Assembly: GCF_018350175.1 (NCBI RefSeq)
Contig: NC_058368.1
Location: 201,440,001 to 201,504,000 of the forward strand
Direction: 5' to 3'
DNA length: 64,000 nt
Origin: Felis catus
Lineage: Eukaryota
The translations under genes and the position numbers were made by a program. Below the pieces are notes generated by a model. The model was given only the letters and a program-made list of their open reading frames with translations, did not search any database and had not been told where the DNA came from. This document shows positions 49,986-63,094 of this stretch, in pieces. How positions within the stretch are numbered: the first letter of the stretch is position 1; each line of letters begins with the position of its first letter.

Positions 49986-52118
49986 AAAAAATAATATTTT
50001 GTTATGATAATGATCAATAAAGGGAAACTTTCTATTTTCTTAATAATTATCTTTTGCTGCCCATAAGTATTTGAAGGCACAAACCTCAGAAATTTAACAA
50101 AATTTTCAATAGCTTATACTCAGGGGCCTGGATTAATGTGACAATGAACAACTCGAAATATAAAACAACCGAAGAATTGTATGTTTCATTTCGACAAGTT
50201 TGGAATTAGAAATTTACCAATATCTAGATATAACCTGATAAAAAACTGGTCTGGTTTAATTAAACTATATTTAGTAATATATACAGCCATCTGAAGTATC
50301 TGATTATTTTCCTATTTCTTTCTTTTTATTTTTTTTAGTGTAAGAAGGATCATTTTTTTCAAAGGCACTTGAATTTCCTCCCCAGCTGCATGTCTTTTTT
50401 ATACTTTTATTATGAATTTTAGCATGCTATATATATACAGCCTTTGTGCACTTGTCTGAGTGTGTGTGTGTGTGCGCCCATGCACATGTGTGTGCAAGGA
50501 TGACTTTTCTAACATTATGTTTTTAAATCTGACAAGGTCATATAAGCTGGGAAAAAAAAAGCAAAGGGTCATCAAAAGGGGGAAAAATAACAGAACTACG
50601 GTGAAATGGCTCTCTGTCGGCCTTGGTATTGATTCAGAGTGTGTCAAAAGGGTCTTTTGTCATGCCCCTACCACAGCATACTAATTTGCTAGATCAAGTC
50701 TGTCAGAATATCGACTGGAAGTAAAGAACTACAGTGGCAGCTTTTGTGTTTCATACAGCAGGGAGCCTGTGTGTGAAACAGGATTATCAGGGGGTCATGA
50801 AGAGAGTCAAAGGATGTCCATCACTTCCCTTCTGGTAATGTAATGGGGCGGGCGCCTCGGTGTGATTAAGATGTAGGAGACGGAGGCATAGCAGTGAACA
50901 AATCAGAAACACACACATGCAAATCAGGTTGGCCGCTGTTAACCACATATTTTTAATGAAAAATTCAATAGCAGACCAAACAAATATCTAAACAGCTGCA
51001 TTCAGCTAACATATCAAACGGCCTATTCAACATCTTTTCTTGAAAGGCAAACATACAAAACATGGAAATGCTTATCGCGTCTGCATTTTTCTTTAAATAT
51101 CACTTTGCAATCTACAAGTGTTTCTTCTGCAGGCTGTGTGCTCCTGGCACAACTATCAGACTATTAAATATCAATTTGGATTTTTTTTTTTTTGTAAAAT
51201 AAGATACGGTATTTACCATGTCACAGCTCAGCCTTACCATCACCATTGGTATTACAGAGTTTTGGCTTTTGGTTCTTTTTGCTGGCTTTGTTGCATTAGC
51301 AAAATAGCTTTCTTGAATTGAAAAAAATATACATGATAGAAAATTCACAGCTTTGTAAGAATATGGATGCCTAGCAAGAGGTTTTAGAATTATAATAATT
51401 CAGTAAACATATCAATACCTTATATAGGACATATATAAAAGATGATGTAAGAATTTTTCGTAAGGAAAACTGAGATATTGTTCTATCGTCTGTTTCTATG
51501 CCCTTAGCACTCTGCACTGGGTATTTATTTATTCACACATTCAGGAAATGCTGATTTAAGTTCCCACTCTCTGCCAGGTGCTGGCTACATCCTGAAGCTA
51601 CAGAAATGAACGAGACAAGTTCTCTGCCTTGAACGATGAGCGATCATATGGAATCATAAAGTATTTATATTTGTAATTTTGCTGATTTCTATATCACAAT
51701 GTAGACAAAATATTACAGGAAGGGCTGGTATGCCACTGGATAGTTTTGGAAGTTTGTTGATTGGCCCTGCCTTAAATAAACCCTCAGGGATTAAGTATGA
51801 ACTTGAAAGGTTCTAGGTTGTGCTGCTTGCAAAGACAGTCCTAGCTCACTTTATGGTAGAGGAATAAAGCCTATTGGTCACAAAGACTTGTCTTCCATCC
51901 AAAACACCTGAACAAAGGGGTCATAAGCCAGAAGACCTCTGGCTCCTATCTTAATTTCACCGTTGTTGGCTACCTTGAGCTGGGAGTCATCTGAAACAGC
52001 TCTCCCTTGCCTTACCAAGGTCTGCTGAGAAGAACTCCTGCCCCAGTTCATGTTAGTGAGGCTCGTGGGCAGGACTATGGAGAAGAGGCCCTTAGCTGGT
52101 CAATATTTAACAATGCAA

Positions 52119-52333
52119 GGGGAGTCTGGGTGGCTGTCAGTTGAGCATCCGACTTCGGCTCAGGTCATGATCTCACGGTTTGTGAGTTCGAGCCCCGCAC
52201 CGGGCTCTGTGCTGATAACTCAGAGCCTGGAGCCTGCTTCGGATTCTGTCTCTGTGTCTCTGCCCCTCCCCCACTTGTGCTCTGTCTCTTCTCTATCAAA
52301 AATAAGTAAAATGTAAAAAAACTTGAAAAAAAA
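52119..52333 (+). mobile_element. CanSINE
   Basis: Full element; flanking ATTTAA(C/T)AATGCAAG repeats. Confidence 0.94.
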
Positions 52334-53209
52334 TTTAATAATGCAAGAGGCAGAAACATGATGTAATATGCTCTTCAGAAAGTGGCGTTTTTAATCCACC
52401 TTAACTTAGTTTTCACCCCAAATCACTCATTCTCAGCACTTCCTGGCAGGTTTTTTCCTCTTCATCTCAAGCTTGCAAAGTTGAGGGTCCTGGGTTTCTT
52501 TTCTCCTCCATGTCTGAACCCTATATCCATATGATCTGCTTCATTTCCCTGGGTTTAAAAATCCTTTACAGGCTCGTGACATCCAGTTATATATCTCTAC
52601 AAGGTCCCTGTTTGACACCTCATAGGGACCTTTCCCTCATGAGCCCCAAACTCATCTTTCTCACAGTCTTCCCTATGTCAGTAACTGTATCATCAAGGAT
52701 TCCATTGCTAAAGCAAATGATAGCAACAACAACAATGCATTGTTTTAAACAAAAAAAAATTTTAAGTGAGGAAGAGAGACTCATGCTTTATTTTAAAACG
52801 TCCTTACTCTCACTAGGCATAGGTAAACCATCAACAAGTGATGAAGGTTCTACTTCTAATGCATATATGTAGTTTGCTCCACAATATTGTTCCCCAATAG
52901 CCCCCTAACTGGTCTCCCAGCATTTACTCTTGCCCCACTACAGTCTATTTTTCAATTATCTTTTCAAATAGAAAGCCTGTTATAGATTTAAAAAGCATTG
53001 GGATCTAGTATGTTTTTGCTGCCGCAAATCTATCAGGCTTCCTCTGTGAGCTGCCACACCATTTCCCACGCAACATAAAGCCTGGTTTGACCTACCCAAC
53101 GTAGTTCTTAACTACAATCAAATATTGTCGGTGCTCTCTGATTATTTGATACACCCAAGACTCAATTATAGATCCCATTAATATTAATGTTGCTGGTAAT
53201 AATAATAAT

Positions 53210-53370
53210 AATAATAAAACATTGTGCTCCTACTATGTGCTAGGGATAGTACTAAGGGTTTTTCTTGAATGAAATTACTTCATCATATAGGTACGTTATT
53301 CTTTCTGCTTTATAAATGAAGAACCTGAGACATAGAGAAGTTAAATAATAAGCTATGGTTATAAAATTGC
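53210..53370 (-). mobile_element. MIR
   Basis: ATTGTGCTCCTACTATGTGC...TTTATAAATGAAGAACCTGAGACATAGAGAAGTTAAATAA. Confidence 0.8.
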
Positions 53371-53690
53371 TGGATGATTTGCAATGAATATGTTTCAGAT
53401 TTCAGCACCACACACAAAATAGATACTAATTGATACTTGCAGAATACTACTGCAATAGAAATAAGGATAATCCAAAGATTTATAGCTTTCTTTTTCTAGT
53501 CATTCTTCAGGTGTCCACCAAAGAAAAACTATGAAAAAGAAAATCAATCAAATGAGTTGCACCAACTTCTTTCTAACCAATTCATGAAACATTTTTATTT
53601 TCCTCACTGTAATTCTTAAAATACCTCAGAGTTAATGAGCAATTCAGTTTTGTAGCCTTCCACCAGTCTCTGAATCTGCTTATATTTTTA

Positions 53691-53903
53691 CCTTTTTTAA
53701 AAAAAATTTTCAATGTTTATTTTTTGAGAAAGAGACGCAGAGACAGAGCAGGAGCGGGGAATGAATAGAGAGAGAATTCCAAGTGGCCTCCAGGCTCCAA
53801 GCTGTCAGCACACAGCCCTATGTGGGACTCGAACCCACAAACTGTGGGATCACAACCTGAGCTAAAGTCAAACGCTTAAATGACTGAGCCACCCAGGTGC
53901 CCC
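53691..53903 (-). mobile_element. CanSINE
   Basis: TSD TGCTTATATTTTTA at 53677-53690 and 53904-53917. Confidence 0.95.
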
Positions 53904-56306
53904 TGCTTATATTTTTATCTTGATTTTATGTGTCTTTTTATATTTTATTCCATTTTAAAGGAAAACCTAAAGAAATAATGAAAAATGAAGTGATCATTAG
54001 AAACCAGGATACCTATGTATAAAAATAAACTTTGAAAATTCCGTGACAAAAATGGAGGGCCATTGAGACAAATCACCGCTAGGTTCCACTGGGATACAAA
54101 GAAGAAATGGCATAATGTTATAGGATCAGGAGAAGAGAGTATTCCTCATGATTCCCTGAAGCTATAGATGAAGAAATACAACTCAGTTCTATGGAGTGAG
54201 CCTGGACCTCTCAGCTCGGACACCTGTGATTTCTGCTTCTATGCAATAGCATCCCCCTAGAAATTGGAAAAGTTATGGCAATATAGAACCTATGAGAGAA
54301 AAAATTTGTATGCACACATATGATTACCTAAGAAAAAATTAAAATTGTTGGAAAAATAAGACAATAAATTATACCATAATGTAAATAACCTCACTCAGTG
54401 TCTGTCAACTATTATCAATTTAGACTGAATCACGTTAGTCAGATTCATGATGATTTCGTGCCATTTATAACCAGTATTTCAATGAGAGTTCAAATCCAAA
54501 GAGGTGTGTTCCTTAAGAGGTTAAGGTTTTTTCCTTTTCCCTTTAGTGGCAATGGATAAGATTAGAAGGATTTTTCTCACATGTGTATAAAGCTTCATTA
54601 CTTCCTATGATCATGAATTCTAACTATATTGGAATATTGACAAAAATCCAATACAAAATTTCTCAAATGAGAACATTTTTGAAAAGTTAACCTCCAAAAG
54701 TTCCCCTGAACATGGTATCATTATCATTGTGATTATCATTGAAAATTTTCAACTAATTTTTAAACATAAAATTTCTTTGGTCATGCCACATTCCCAAACT
54801 GGCTTTCTGAATGTTCATCCACGTCCCCATGAGTTAATGGAAAATATTAGTGAAGAGAAGGAAAATCCAGGCACACACCAAACTTCTATTTGTGAGAGCA
54901 AGTTAAGTCCTGAGAATCCAATCCCTTTTGAAAGCAGATCAAAGCCACACAACTCAACACATGTTTGCGATATCTAATTTATATTGGGACTAGATGAATC
55001 CAGATGCACAATGGGTCCAACATCTTGAACTATTTGCCAAATGTTTGAGACTTCATAAAATCTAAACTCCACCTGACACCTTCAGGTTAATTTTAAAGCA
55101 ATCATTATTCACCAGGAAACTGAAAACATGTGTTTCTGATTTGTTCACACTTAAGTCATCAAAATATTTTTCACAAAGTGATTTGATATCCAAGAAAATT
55201 TTGGCGTGCCTTTTTTTTTTTTTTCTGAAGAAGGAAATTTGGTTTTGCCTAAGGAATTTGGCTAACTCCCCTGTGGGAATAGGTTTCTGCCATCATGATG
55301 AGGCAGATAGATGTGTGAAGGTAACATCAACCAGTAACCTGGTTAGTGACAGGCTGTGTAACCTTCTGCGTCAAACTCCCACCCACCTCTATACCAGATT
55401 CTTTTCTCAAACTGAGAAACCAAAATGGCTCCTCTTCTTCAGTATTCTGTGTCATCTGTAAGGGAAGATTTCCAAGTTCTAGTGGAAAATGATGAGCTTA
55501 GCTGTGGTCTCCATTCCTCCAGTAGCTCGGAGACTTTTTGAGAAGACTCTTAACCTCTTTTGGCCTTGTCTACCTAATCTGAAAAATTCTGGTGAGAAAT
55601 GTTATCACTTATAGCAGGAATTAGGCTAAAGACTTTCCAAGTAACTTTTCCCTAGAAAACACTTATTAAAAAACTCAGAGTGCTCTGAAACACAATTCCA
55701 GATGTGGTAAGAAGCAGCAGAAGGGACAGTGGATATGCCTGTTTCAAATTAAAATAAAAATATCAGAACAGAGGAAATTTTATTTTAAAAAACCTTCAAT
55801 AAATCAACCAGAAAACTAACCATGTGTCAATTCTACCATTGCAGAGATTCTGGAAATGTTTTTACTGGTTCATTTCAACCATCTATTGGTTACAAGAGGG
55901 TATTTTGGCCACCTAAAACTCATATTTAAAGTGTAGATTCATCCACCCTCTCACGGAATGAATTAACAACTCATTAAAAAATCTATTTAACTTATATTTT
56001 CTGGAGGTATTAGTACTTCAAAAATAAGCTTATGATCATATTAATTCCTTTGATTTTCCCAAATTTACCTTGGTCATTTTCTAATAAATTTCATTTGGTT
56101 AGAGTTCCTTCAATGACTTCTGCAAAACACATTTATGGAACATTTGCTACATGCAAAGCACTGTTCTAGACACTCTAGGGAGTTCAAAAAGGAATTGGAT
56201 GCTGTTTTGTGCCCACATAAAATTTACCGTCTATTTGGCAAGAGAGGACAAAAATGTAAAAATAATAACACACGATTCACAGTGAAGTTAAAGATAGTGT
56301 GCTCTG

Positions 56307-56523
56307 GGGGGCACCTGGGTGGCTCAGTCAGTTGGGCGTTCAACTTCGGCTCAGGTCATGATCTCAGAGTTCATGAGTTCAAGCCCCATGTTGGGCTCTG
56401 TGCTGACAGCTCAGAGCCTGAAGCCTGCTTCAGATTCTGTGTCTCCCTCTCTCTCTGCCCCTCCCCTGCTCATGCTATGTCTCTGTCTCTCTCTCTCAGA
56501 TATAAACATTAAAAACAAATTTT
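56307..56523 (+). mobile_element. CanSINE
   Basis: Perfect 17-bp TSD AAAGATAGTGTGCTCTG at 56290-56306 and 56524-56540. Confidence 0.96.
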
Positions 56524-56623
56524 AAAGATAGTGTGCTCTGTGAGTTCAAAGAATATTTGTTACTCCTAGATAAAGGTTGAGAAAAAGCTTCACACAGAAG
56601 AAAGGACTCCTGACTGAGATTTC

Positions 56624-56891
56624 TTTTTTTTTTTTTTAATTTTATGAGTATTTATTTATTTATTTATTTTAAAGTTTATTTATCTTGAGAAAGAGAAAAA
56701 CAGGGGGGAGAGAGAGACAGAATGAGCGAGGAAGGGGCAGAGAGAGAGAGAGGGAGAGAGAGAATCCCAAGCAGGATCCATGCTGTCATCATGGAGCCTA
56801 ATGCAGGGCTTGATCTCCTGAACAGCAAGATCATGGCTTAAGCCAAAACCAAGAGTTAGGTACTCAACCAACTGAGCCACCCAGGCACCCC
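56624..56891 (-). mobile_element. CanSINE
   Basis: T tail, GA body, ends CTGAGCCACCCAGGCACCCC. Confidence 0.93.
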
Positions 56892-56892
56892 A

Positions 56893-57066
56893 TAATGTTT
56901 ATTTCCTTTTGAGAGAGAGAATGAGAGGGAGACACAGAATCTGAAGCAGGCTCCAGGCTCTGAGCTATCAGCACAGAGCCCAATGCAAGGCTCAAATCCA
57001 TGAACTGTGACATTATGACTGGAGTCGAAGTCAGATGCTCAAGCGACTGAACCATCCGGGCGCTCC
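56893..57066 (-). mobile_element. CanSINE directly abutting the previous one
   Basis: GAGACACAGAATCTGAAGCAGGCTCC...GACTGAACCATCCGGGCGCTCC. Confidence 0.92.
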
Positions 57067-57265
57067 GCTGACCGAAATGTCAAAGAGAAAACTTGGACAT
57101 ACAAAGGGAAAAGAGAGGGGGGTCCCAGGCAAATGCAATAGTGTGAACAAAAATCTCAGATCTGAAAAATTATAAACGTTTATTAAATGGCTATAAAGTA
57201 TAAACCTTTTGTAGGAAGCACCAGAAAGCAATGTCTTTAGAGGAATGTTAAGAAACTATAGTATT

Positions 57266-57488
57266 GGGGCACCTGGGTGTCTCAGTCAGTTAAATGTCTG
57301 ACTCTTGATTTTAGCTCAGGTCATGATCTCACAGTTTGTGAGTTTGAGCCCCGGGTCAGGGCTGATAGCACAGGAGCCTGCTCGGGATTCTCCCTCTATC
57401 CCTCTCTCTTTTCCCCTCCCCCACTTTCACGTGTGCACATGCTCTCTCTCTCTCTCTCTCAAAATAAATAAATAAACTTAAAAAAAAA
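57266..57488 (+). mobile_element. CanSINE
   Basis: Full element; flanking AAGAAACTA(T/G)AG(T/C)AT repeats. Confidence 0.94.
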
Positions 57489-57534
57489 AGAAACTAGAGC
57501 ATCTTGTCAGGCCAAGAATTTAGAACATAAATCT

Positions 57535-57765
57535 ATAATAATAACAATCAATATTGGATGATTACCTATTATATGCTAAGCAGGTGTTATGTTGTTCCAA
57601 CATGAGAACACTATGAATAGGCACTATTATTGTCTCCATTTGACAGATGTGAAAACTGAAGCAAAGAAAGATTAAGTAATTTTCCCAAGTTCACTCAACT
57701 AGTAAGTGATAGAGCTGGAATTCAAACTTAGGGAAACTGGCCTTAAAGACCATGTCCTTAATGGT
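57535..57765 (-). mobile_element. MIR
   Basis: TCCATTTGACAGATGTGAAAACTGAAGC...AAGTAATTTTCCCAAGTTCACTCAACTAGTAAGTG. Confidence 0.85.
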
Positions 57766-58127
57766 CATGCGAAACCTGCTTCAGTGGAGGTGGGTGATAA
57801 GAAGTGGAGGGAGCATCAAATGTCTGTGAATAGTTGAATAATATTGACAGAACTGAGGGATAAGAAATTTTTCAAAAGTCATGTTTAAGGAAGATTTAAA
57901 GAGGGGAAGAGATTAAAAGTGTAGAAACCAGTTCACAGGCTTTTAAAATAGTTGGGGGTGGGGTGGGGGACACAGTCACAAAGATCTCTATTTAGGTCAT
58001 GGCCATGGAAAGTATTGAGAGCAGCCTAGAGCCAATTTGAAAGTAAACTGGTAGTTGTTTGCAACCTGTTGTTGAACGTGAGGATGAGGAGAGAGAGAGT
58101 CAAAAACAACCATGAATTTAACACTAA

Positions 58128-58586
58128 AAGCCTAAATGTCCATCAACTGATGAATGGATAAAGAAATTGTGGTTTATATATACAATGGAGTACTATGTGG
58201 CAATGAGAAAGAATTAAATATGGCCCTTTGTAGCAACGTGGACGGAACTGGAGAGTGTGATGCTAAGTGAAATAAGCCATACAGAGAAAGACAGATACCA
58301 TATGGTTTCACTCTTATGTGGATCCTGAGAAACTTAACAGGAACCCATGGGGGAGGGGAAGGGAAAAAAAAAAAAGAGGTTAGAGTGGGAGAGAGTCAAA
58401 GCATAAGAGACTCTTAAAAACTGAGAACAAACTGAGGGTTGATGGGGGGTGGGAGGGAGGGGAGGGTGGGTGAGGGGTATCGAGGAGGACACCTGTTGGG
58501 ATGAGCACTGGGTGTTGTATGGAAACCAATTTGGCAATAAATTTCATATATTTAAAAAATAAATAAATCAAAAAAGAAAAAGAAAA
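58128..58586 (+). mobile_element. 5'-truncated young carnivore/felid LINE-1 (ORF2 C-terminus, 3' UTR, poly-A)
   Basis: 58128-58328 translates as KPKCPSTDEWIKKLWFIYTMEYYVAMRKN*IWPFVATWTELESVMLSEISHTEKDRYHMVSLLCGS*, the L1 ORF2p C-terminus; G-rich UTR, AATAAA, A tail; possible TSD AA(C/T)ACTAA. Confidence 0.95.
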
Positions 58587-59649
58587 AATACTAAGTGGCA
58601 GAGAATATGGGTTTTCTTTACAAAAATAGAGAACCCAGATGGGGGTGCAGGCCCAAGAAGATTGATGCTTGTCGAAGTTTGTCACCTAACTCTCCTGAAA
58701 CATAACACAGTCAGTTGGAAATGTGGGGTGTGAACTGTGGAAATCACTTGGTGGGGTATATAGATTGGAGACAGGTCCTCAAAGCCTTGAGTGTTAAAGC
58801 TTTGAAATTGAATGTTCTTGCCAATGGATAACATAAAAAAGAAGAAAAAGTCAAAAAGCACGTGGTCTGCCACATTCGAGGAAAGTGGAAGACTGAATGA
58901 GGGAGGGAAGGTGCAAGGAAAATGATCAAGAAAAACAAGGGAAGAGAAAATTTCAAAAAAGATCCACAGGAAGGCTTGAAATGCTGTAAAAGGCTGCATA
59001 GCACTGGGGGGTTGTCATTTTATTTAGTGACTACTTTGAGGCTTTAGAAGGTGTTGGGGGGGAGGGTTGTAGTGCAATAATGCAGACAACGGGTAGGTAG
59101 CAAAGGATAAAGGGCAGAGTGAAGGGTAGAGAAGGTCACAGTGCAGAAGGCAACCCACCATTCAAGGTGGTTGAGAATGAGAGAATAAAAAATGGAGGGC
59201 ATGGCAAGGTCAGAGGGAAAGGCCTTTTAAGGATGGGGGGCTTGGAGAATTGCCGGATGAGAAGAGAAGTAGATAAACTGGCCTCAAATAAGGGATAACA
59301 GCCACTAATGAGCATTTCCTGTGTCCTAGATATTACTGTGATTTGCATGGATTTCCCCTTTTCCACAACAACCTTAATAGGTTGCATTTAACACAAGAGA
59401 AAACAGAGGCACCTTGAGGTTGGGTAGTTGTCCAGGGTCAGTGGGACAGGAGGGCTTGGATTGCAGAGACTCCAGAGCGAGAACCTTTCCCCACCTGGCA
59501 CCCCTCTCCTCACGGCAGGTGGAGGAACCCGGTCAAGAGCAAGGAGAGCTAGACAGACAGGGGAAAAAAGGATACCGGAATATTAACCTTGATTGTTTCC
59601 AGGTAATGGCGTCGAGACACTCACTGGGAAGAAGGAAGGCGTCCTTTTA

Positions 59650-60555
59650 ATTTTGATGTTATTTTTATTTTACACAATGAACAGAATAATAAACAATATT
59701 AAAGTAAAAGTGCCAGCCTGAAATTAAGCGATAAGGTTTTAGTTCAAACCCTACCTCATCAGCTATATAAATAAATAAGGTTTTTTGTGTTATGAAAATA
59801 ACACAGCAAAAAATGTAAACCGTAATGCAAAGAGGTATCTTATGAAAGTAAAATCTTTTGATGGCCCCAGCCTTACTCCTAAAGGTATCTCTGATAATAA
59901 TTTGAATGTATCCTTTGGAAATCTATGCATGTGTGAGTGCTGTGCATGTATATACATATTTCTGTATTTTGATGTTTTTAAAAAAGCAAAACTAAAAGTG
60001 CTTTGGAACATCTTCTTCATCACCACTTAACTTTTCTGAGAAGCTTCATAGTATCTTCTTATATATACAATAATAATATATTTAGTTAATCCCTTATTAC
60101 CGGACATTTACTTTTTGATAGCTTTTTTCTTGTTATTACCGACCATGACAATTAAGTCTTTCCCCAATAGTAAGTATTTCTGTGGGAAAAATTCCTAGAT
60201 TTTTAAGTGCATTTTAAATTTGTGTAGATACAGTCTACTCCTGAAGCCAATATTACACTACATGTTAACTAACCAGAATTTACATAAAAATTTGGAATGA
60301 ATGAATGAATGAATGAATAAATAAATAAATAAATAAATAAATTTGTGTGTAGGTATTGCTGAATTTCTATCTGCAAAAGTTGTACCGATTCCCATGTCCG
60401 CTCTGAGATGGCCTGTTGACCTATCTCTTGCCAAGTTTCTATATGGCCAAACTTTTTAATTTCTGATGATCTGGTATGCATAAAACTGTAACATTTTTGC
60501 ACTTATAAAATTATGAGAATGGTTGAACATTTGTCATGCATTTATAGGAACTGTT
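59650..60555 (-). mobile_element. Degraded old LINE-1 3' fragments
   Basis: CCCTTATTACCGGACATTTA, AAAAGTTGTACCGATTCCCA, AAACTTTTTAATTTCTG, GAGAATGGTTGAACAT. Confidence 0.55.
60295..60341. repeat. Compound (GAAT)n(AAAT)n
   Basis: Read directly. Confidence 0.9.
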
Positions 60556-60564
60556 GGGTTTTAT

Positions 60565-60609
60565 TTATTTTATTTTACTTTTTAATTTTTTTAATGTTTA
60601 TTTATTTTT

Positions 60610-60642
<33 letters not shown>

Positions 60643-60812
60643 CGCGAGTCGAGGAGAGTAGAGAAAGAGAGAGGGAGACACAGAATTCGAAGCAGGCTCC
60701 GGGCTCCCAGGTGTCAGCCCAGAGTTTGATGCAGGGCTCGAACCCATGAACCGCAAGGTCATGACTTGAGCCAAAGCCAGAAGCTAGACCAACTTGAACC
60801 ACCCAGGCATCC
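60565..60812 (-). mobile_element. CanSINE
   Basis: T tail, GA body, ends GAACCACCCAGGCATCC. Confidence 0.93.
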
Positions 60813-63094
60813 TGGATTTAATTTTTAATTATAGTAACAGAGGTATAAATGTACTGGCGGAAAAAGAAGAGAGAGGGGGAAAAAAACTTGTATGAGTTAA
60901 AAGGGGCTTGATATCTAGAGTAGAAAAAGGAATCACACAAGTGGTATGAACACCAACCTACTGAGGTCGACACAGAGGGAATACCTTCAGAGAGGAAGCA
61001 CAGTCCTTTTTCTGAAATGACAGGACAGGCTGGGAAGACTGGATGAAGAAAGGGTGGTTGTGAGGTAGAGAAGAATAAAAGTTAAGTTGCAGTTAGGGGA
61101 TTTTTCTTGTGATTGTTAACTCCCATGGAACAAGTTCTCATACATCTTATAAAAGCCTTGCAACTACTTTAGAGTCAGACTTTCTTCTTGTCCATTTCCT
61201 GGTCTTCCCCGTCAAAGACTGGGCCACATTTCTGAGTTGAATATTTGTATATCTGAGGAGTAAAATAGCTTCTCTGTGTTGATAAACTTCTAGATGCAAA
61301 ATGATATGGATGCCTATGTGCACATCTAGTTGGAATATAGTAGAACGTTATAAACATTAGCCCTTATAGTAAATTTTGTTTGTTCCCAAATATTGTAAAA
61401 GCCTATAGGAAATTTACTCAATGGATTATTCTAGAAATGGTTGCACTGTCATGTATGTATTGTAATTTGATAATTACAGTCCCATGTGAAGAATAATATG
61501 AGCATTAACATATGTTAATTTTATGTAGCCAAGAAACATAAGTACAATATAATTTACCTCTGTTTATTATCCTGCACACTTACCATGTTCCTACCACTCT
61601 GCAGGTTACTGGGAATTCAGTAGTGAAATGGTCACAGTCCCATTGTGGACAGAAGCAAATAAATGCCTAATTAATACTAAGTGTGAATTATAAGGCCAGA
61701 TCTTTATAAGAACACATAGAATGTATGACTCTTCCAGTATCAGGAAAAGGGAAATATTCCTGTAGAATTTGAAGGTGAGTTACAAGTAAAAGATAGTAAG
61801 TCATTAATTTTTAAGCACTAAAAACTTAATTCTCTCCAGTATAAATCACAAGGTGTGGTAGCTACAACAAACCTACTCTTGTACCAGGTACAAGATCTGA
61901 AGTTCATTACTGGTCACAAGACCTTTGAATTTTCTGAGAGATTCTTGTAAGTGCTGAAACAGAGAAAATGTGGAATTCATAGAAACCCCACCGATGTAAA
62001 TATTATGTTCTCCAATTGCCATTATGCCTCATCAGTAATTTGTATTAATCTCATCAGCTTTAATGATTCAAAAGGCTTGATTTCTAAAATTACAAATTCT
62101 AGTGCTATGTTACGTTATGTTACTAACGTATGCAGATGTACTGTAGTTGTTCTGTAAGCTCATCTGTCTTGTCAAGCAGTACAATCAGGATATAACCTAT
62201 ATTCCCTTGCACTCTTCACACCTGGCATTCTTGGTATTTCCTTTGAATTACAGACATCTCCTAATAAAAGAACATGTATTATCATTCCACGGTTGTAAAA
62301 CCTTATAGAGTGTACATTTGATCAAAGCAATTTTTAAATATCAGGCCCAAAGTCAGGTTAGAAAGGGAAAGCCTTAGTGATGAAATCAACATTAAAAAAA
62401 AAAAAAAAACACTATTAGAAAACCAGTAAATCTAATTAAGGTGCAGTTGAAACTAATAATCTTTATTTTTGGTGATAATGGAAATGGCTGAAGGATATAT
62501 CATTGTGGAAAAGAAATACCAAAACAAGGGAGGGGTAGGGAGTACCACATTCTCTGTAAAAATCACCAAAATGATAGATTCAAATCCTAAATGGGATGTT
62601 TCAGCTTTAAGTTGCTAGCCACAGATAATGAGAATACACCCAAGTCATTCAGAGGAATCAATTTAAAGAAGTTTACGTCCTGAGGGATGTGAGTGGCTGC
62701 AATCAGCGATGACACTGTTAGAAACAAAAGCAGTTTAAAATTAATGATCTTGATTTGACCTGACTTTATTTCACTGGAATTAATGAAGTATACATTTATT
62801 CATATGGTATGGGTTATCTATCCCTTCAATTCATGAGTTCTCCATTATCCTAGGGATTTGTGTTGTAAGTCTCCCTAAAAATATGGCCACTTTACAATAA
62901 ATTTGCTCAGTTTCTTAATATGGCTTTCAAGGTTTTCTCAGGGTCTCATAATAGTCTATAATGACCTTTACAATTTTCTCTTCCACAATTCCCTGCCCTA
63001 AACCAAACAGAACTATTCACCAAATAAACCTGAACTTCCTTCTCCCCGGAAACCTCTTTCTCCTGTCCCTATCTTAAATTCTTTATGCTCCCTC

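Noticed and set aside
61175..61270. Minus-strand acceptor TTTTACTCCTCAG followed by a short reading frame (IYKYSTQKCGPVFDGEDQEMDKKKV*)
   Set aside because: Short pyrimidine tract with nearby upstream AGs, unrecognised peptide and no partner exon.
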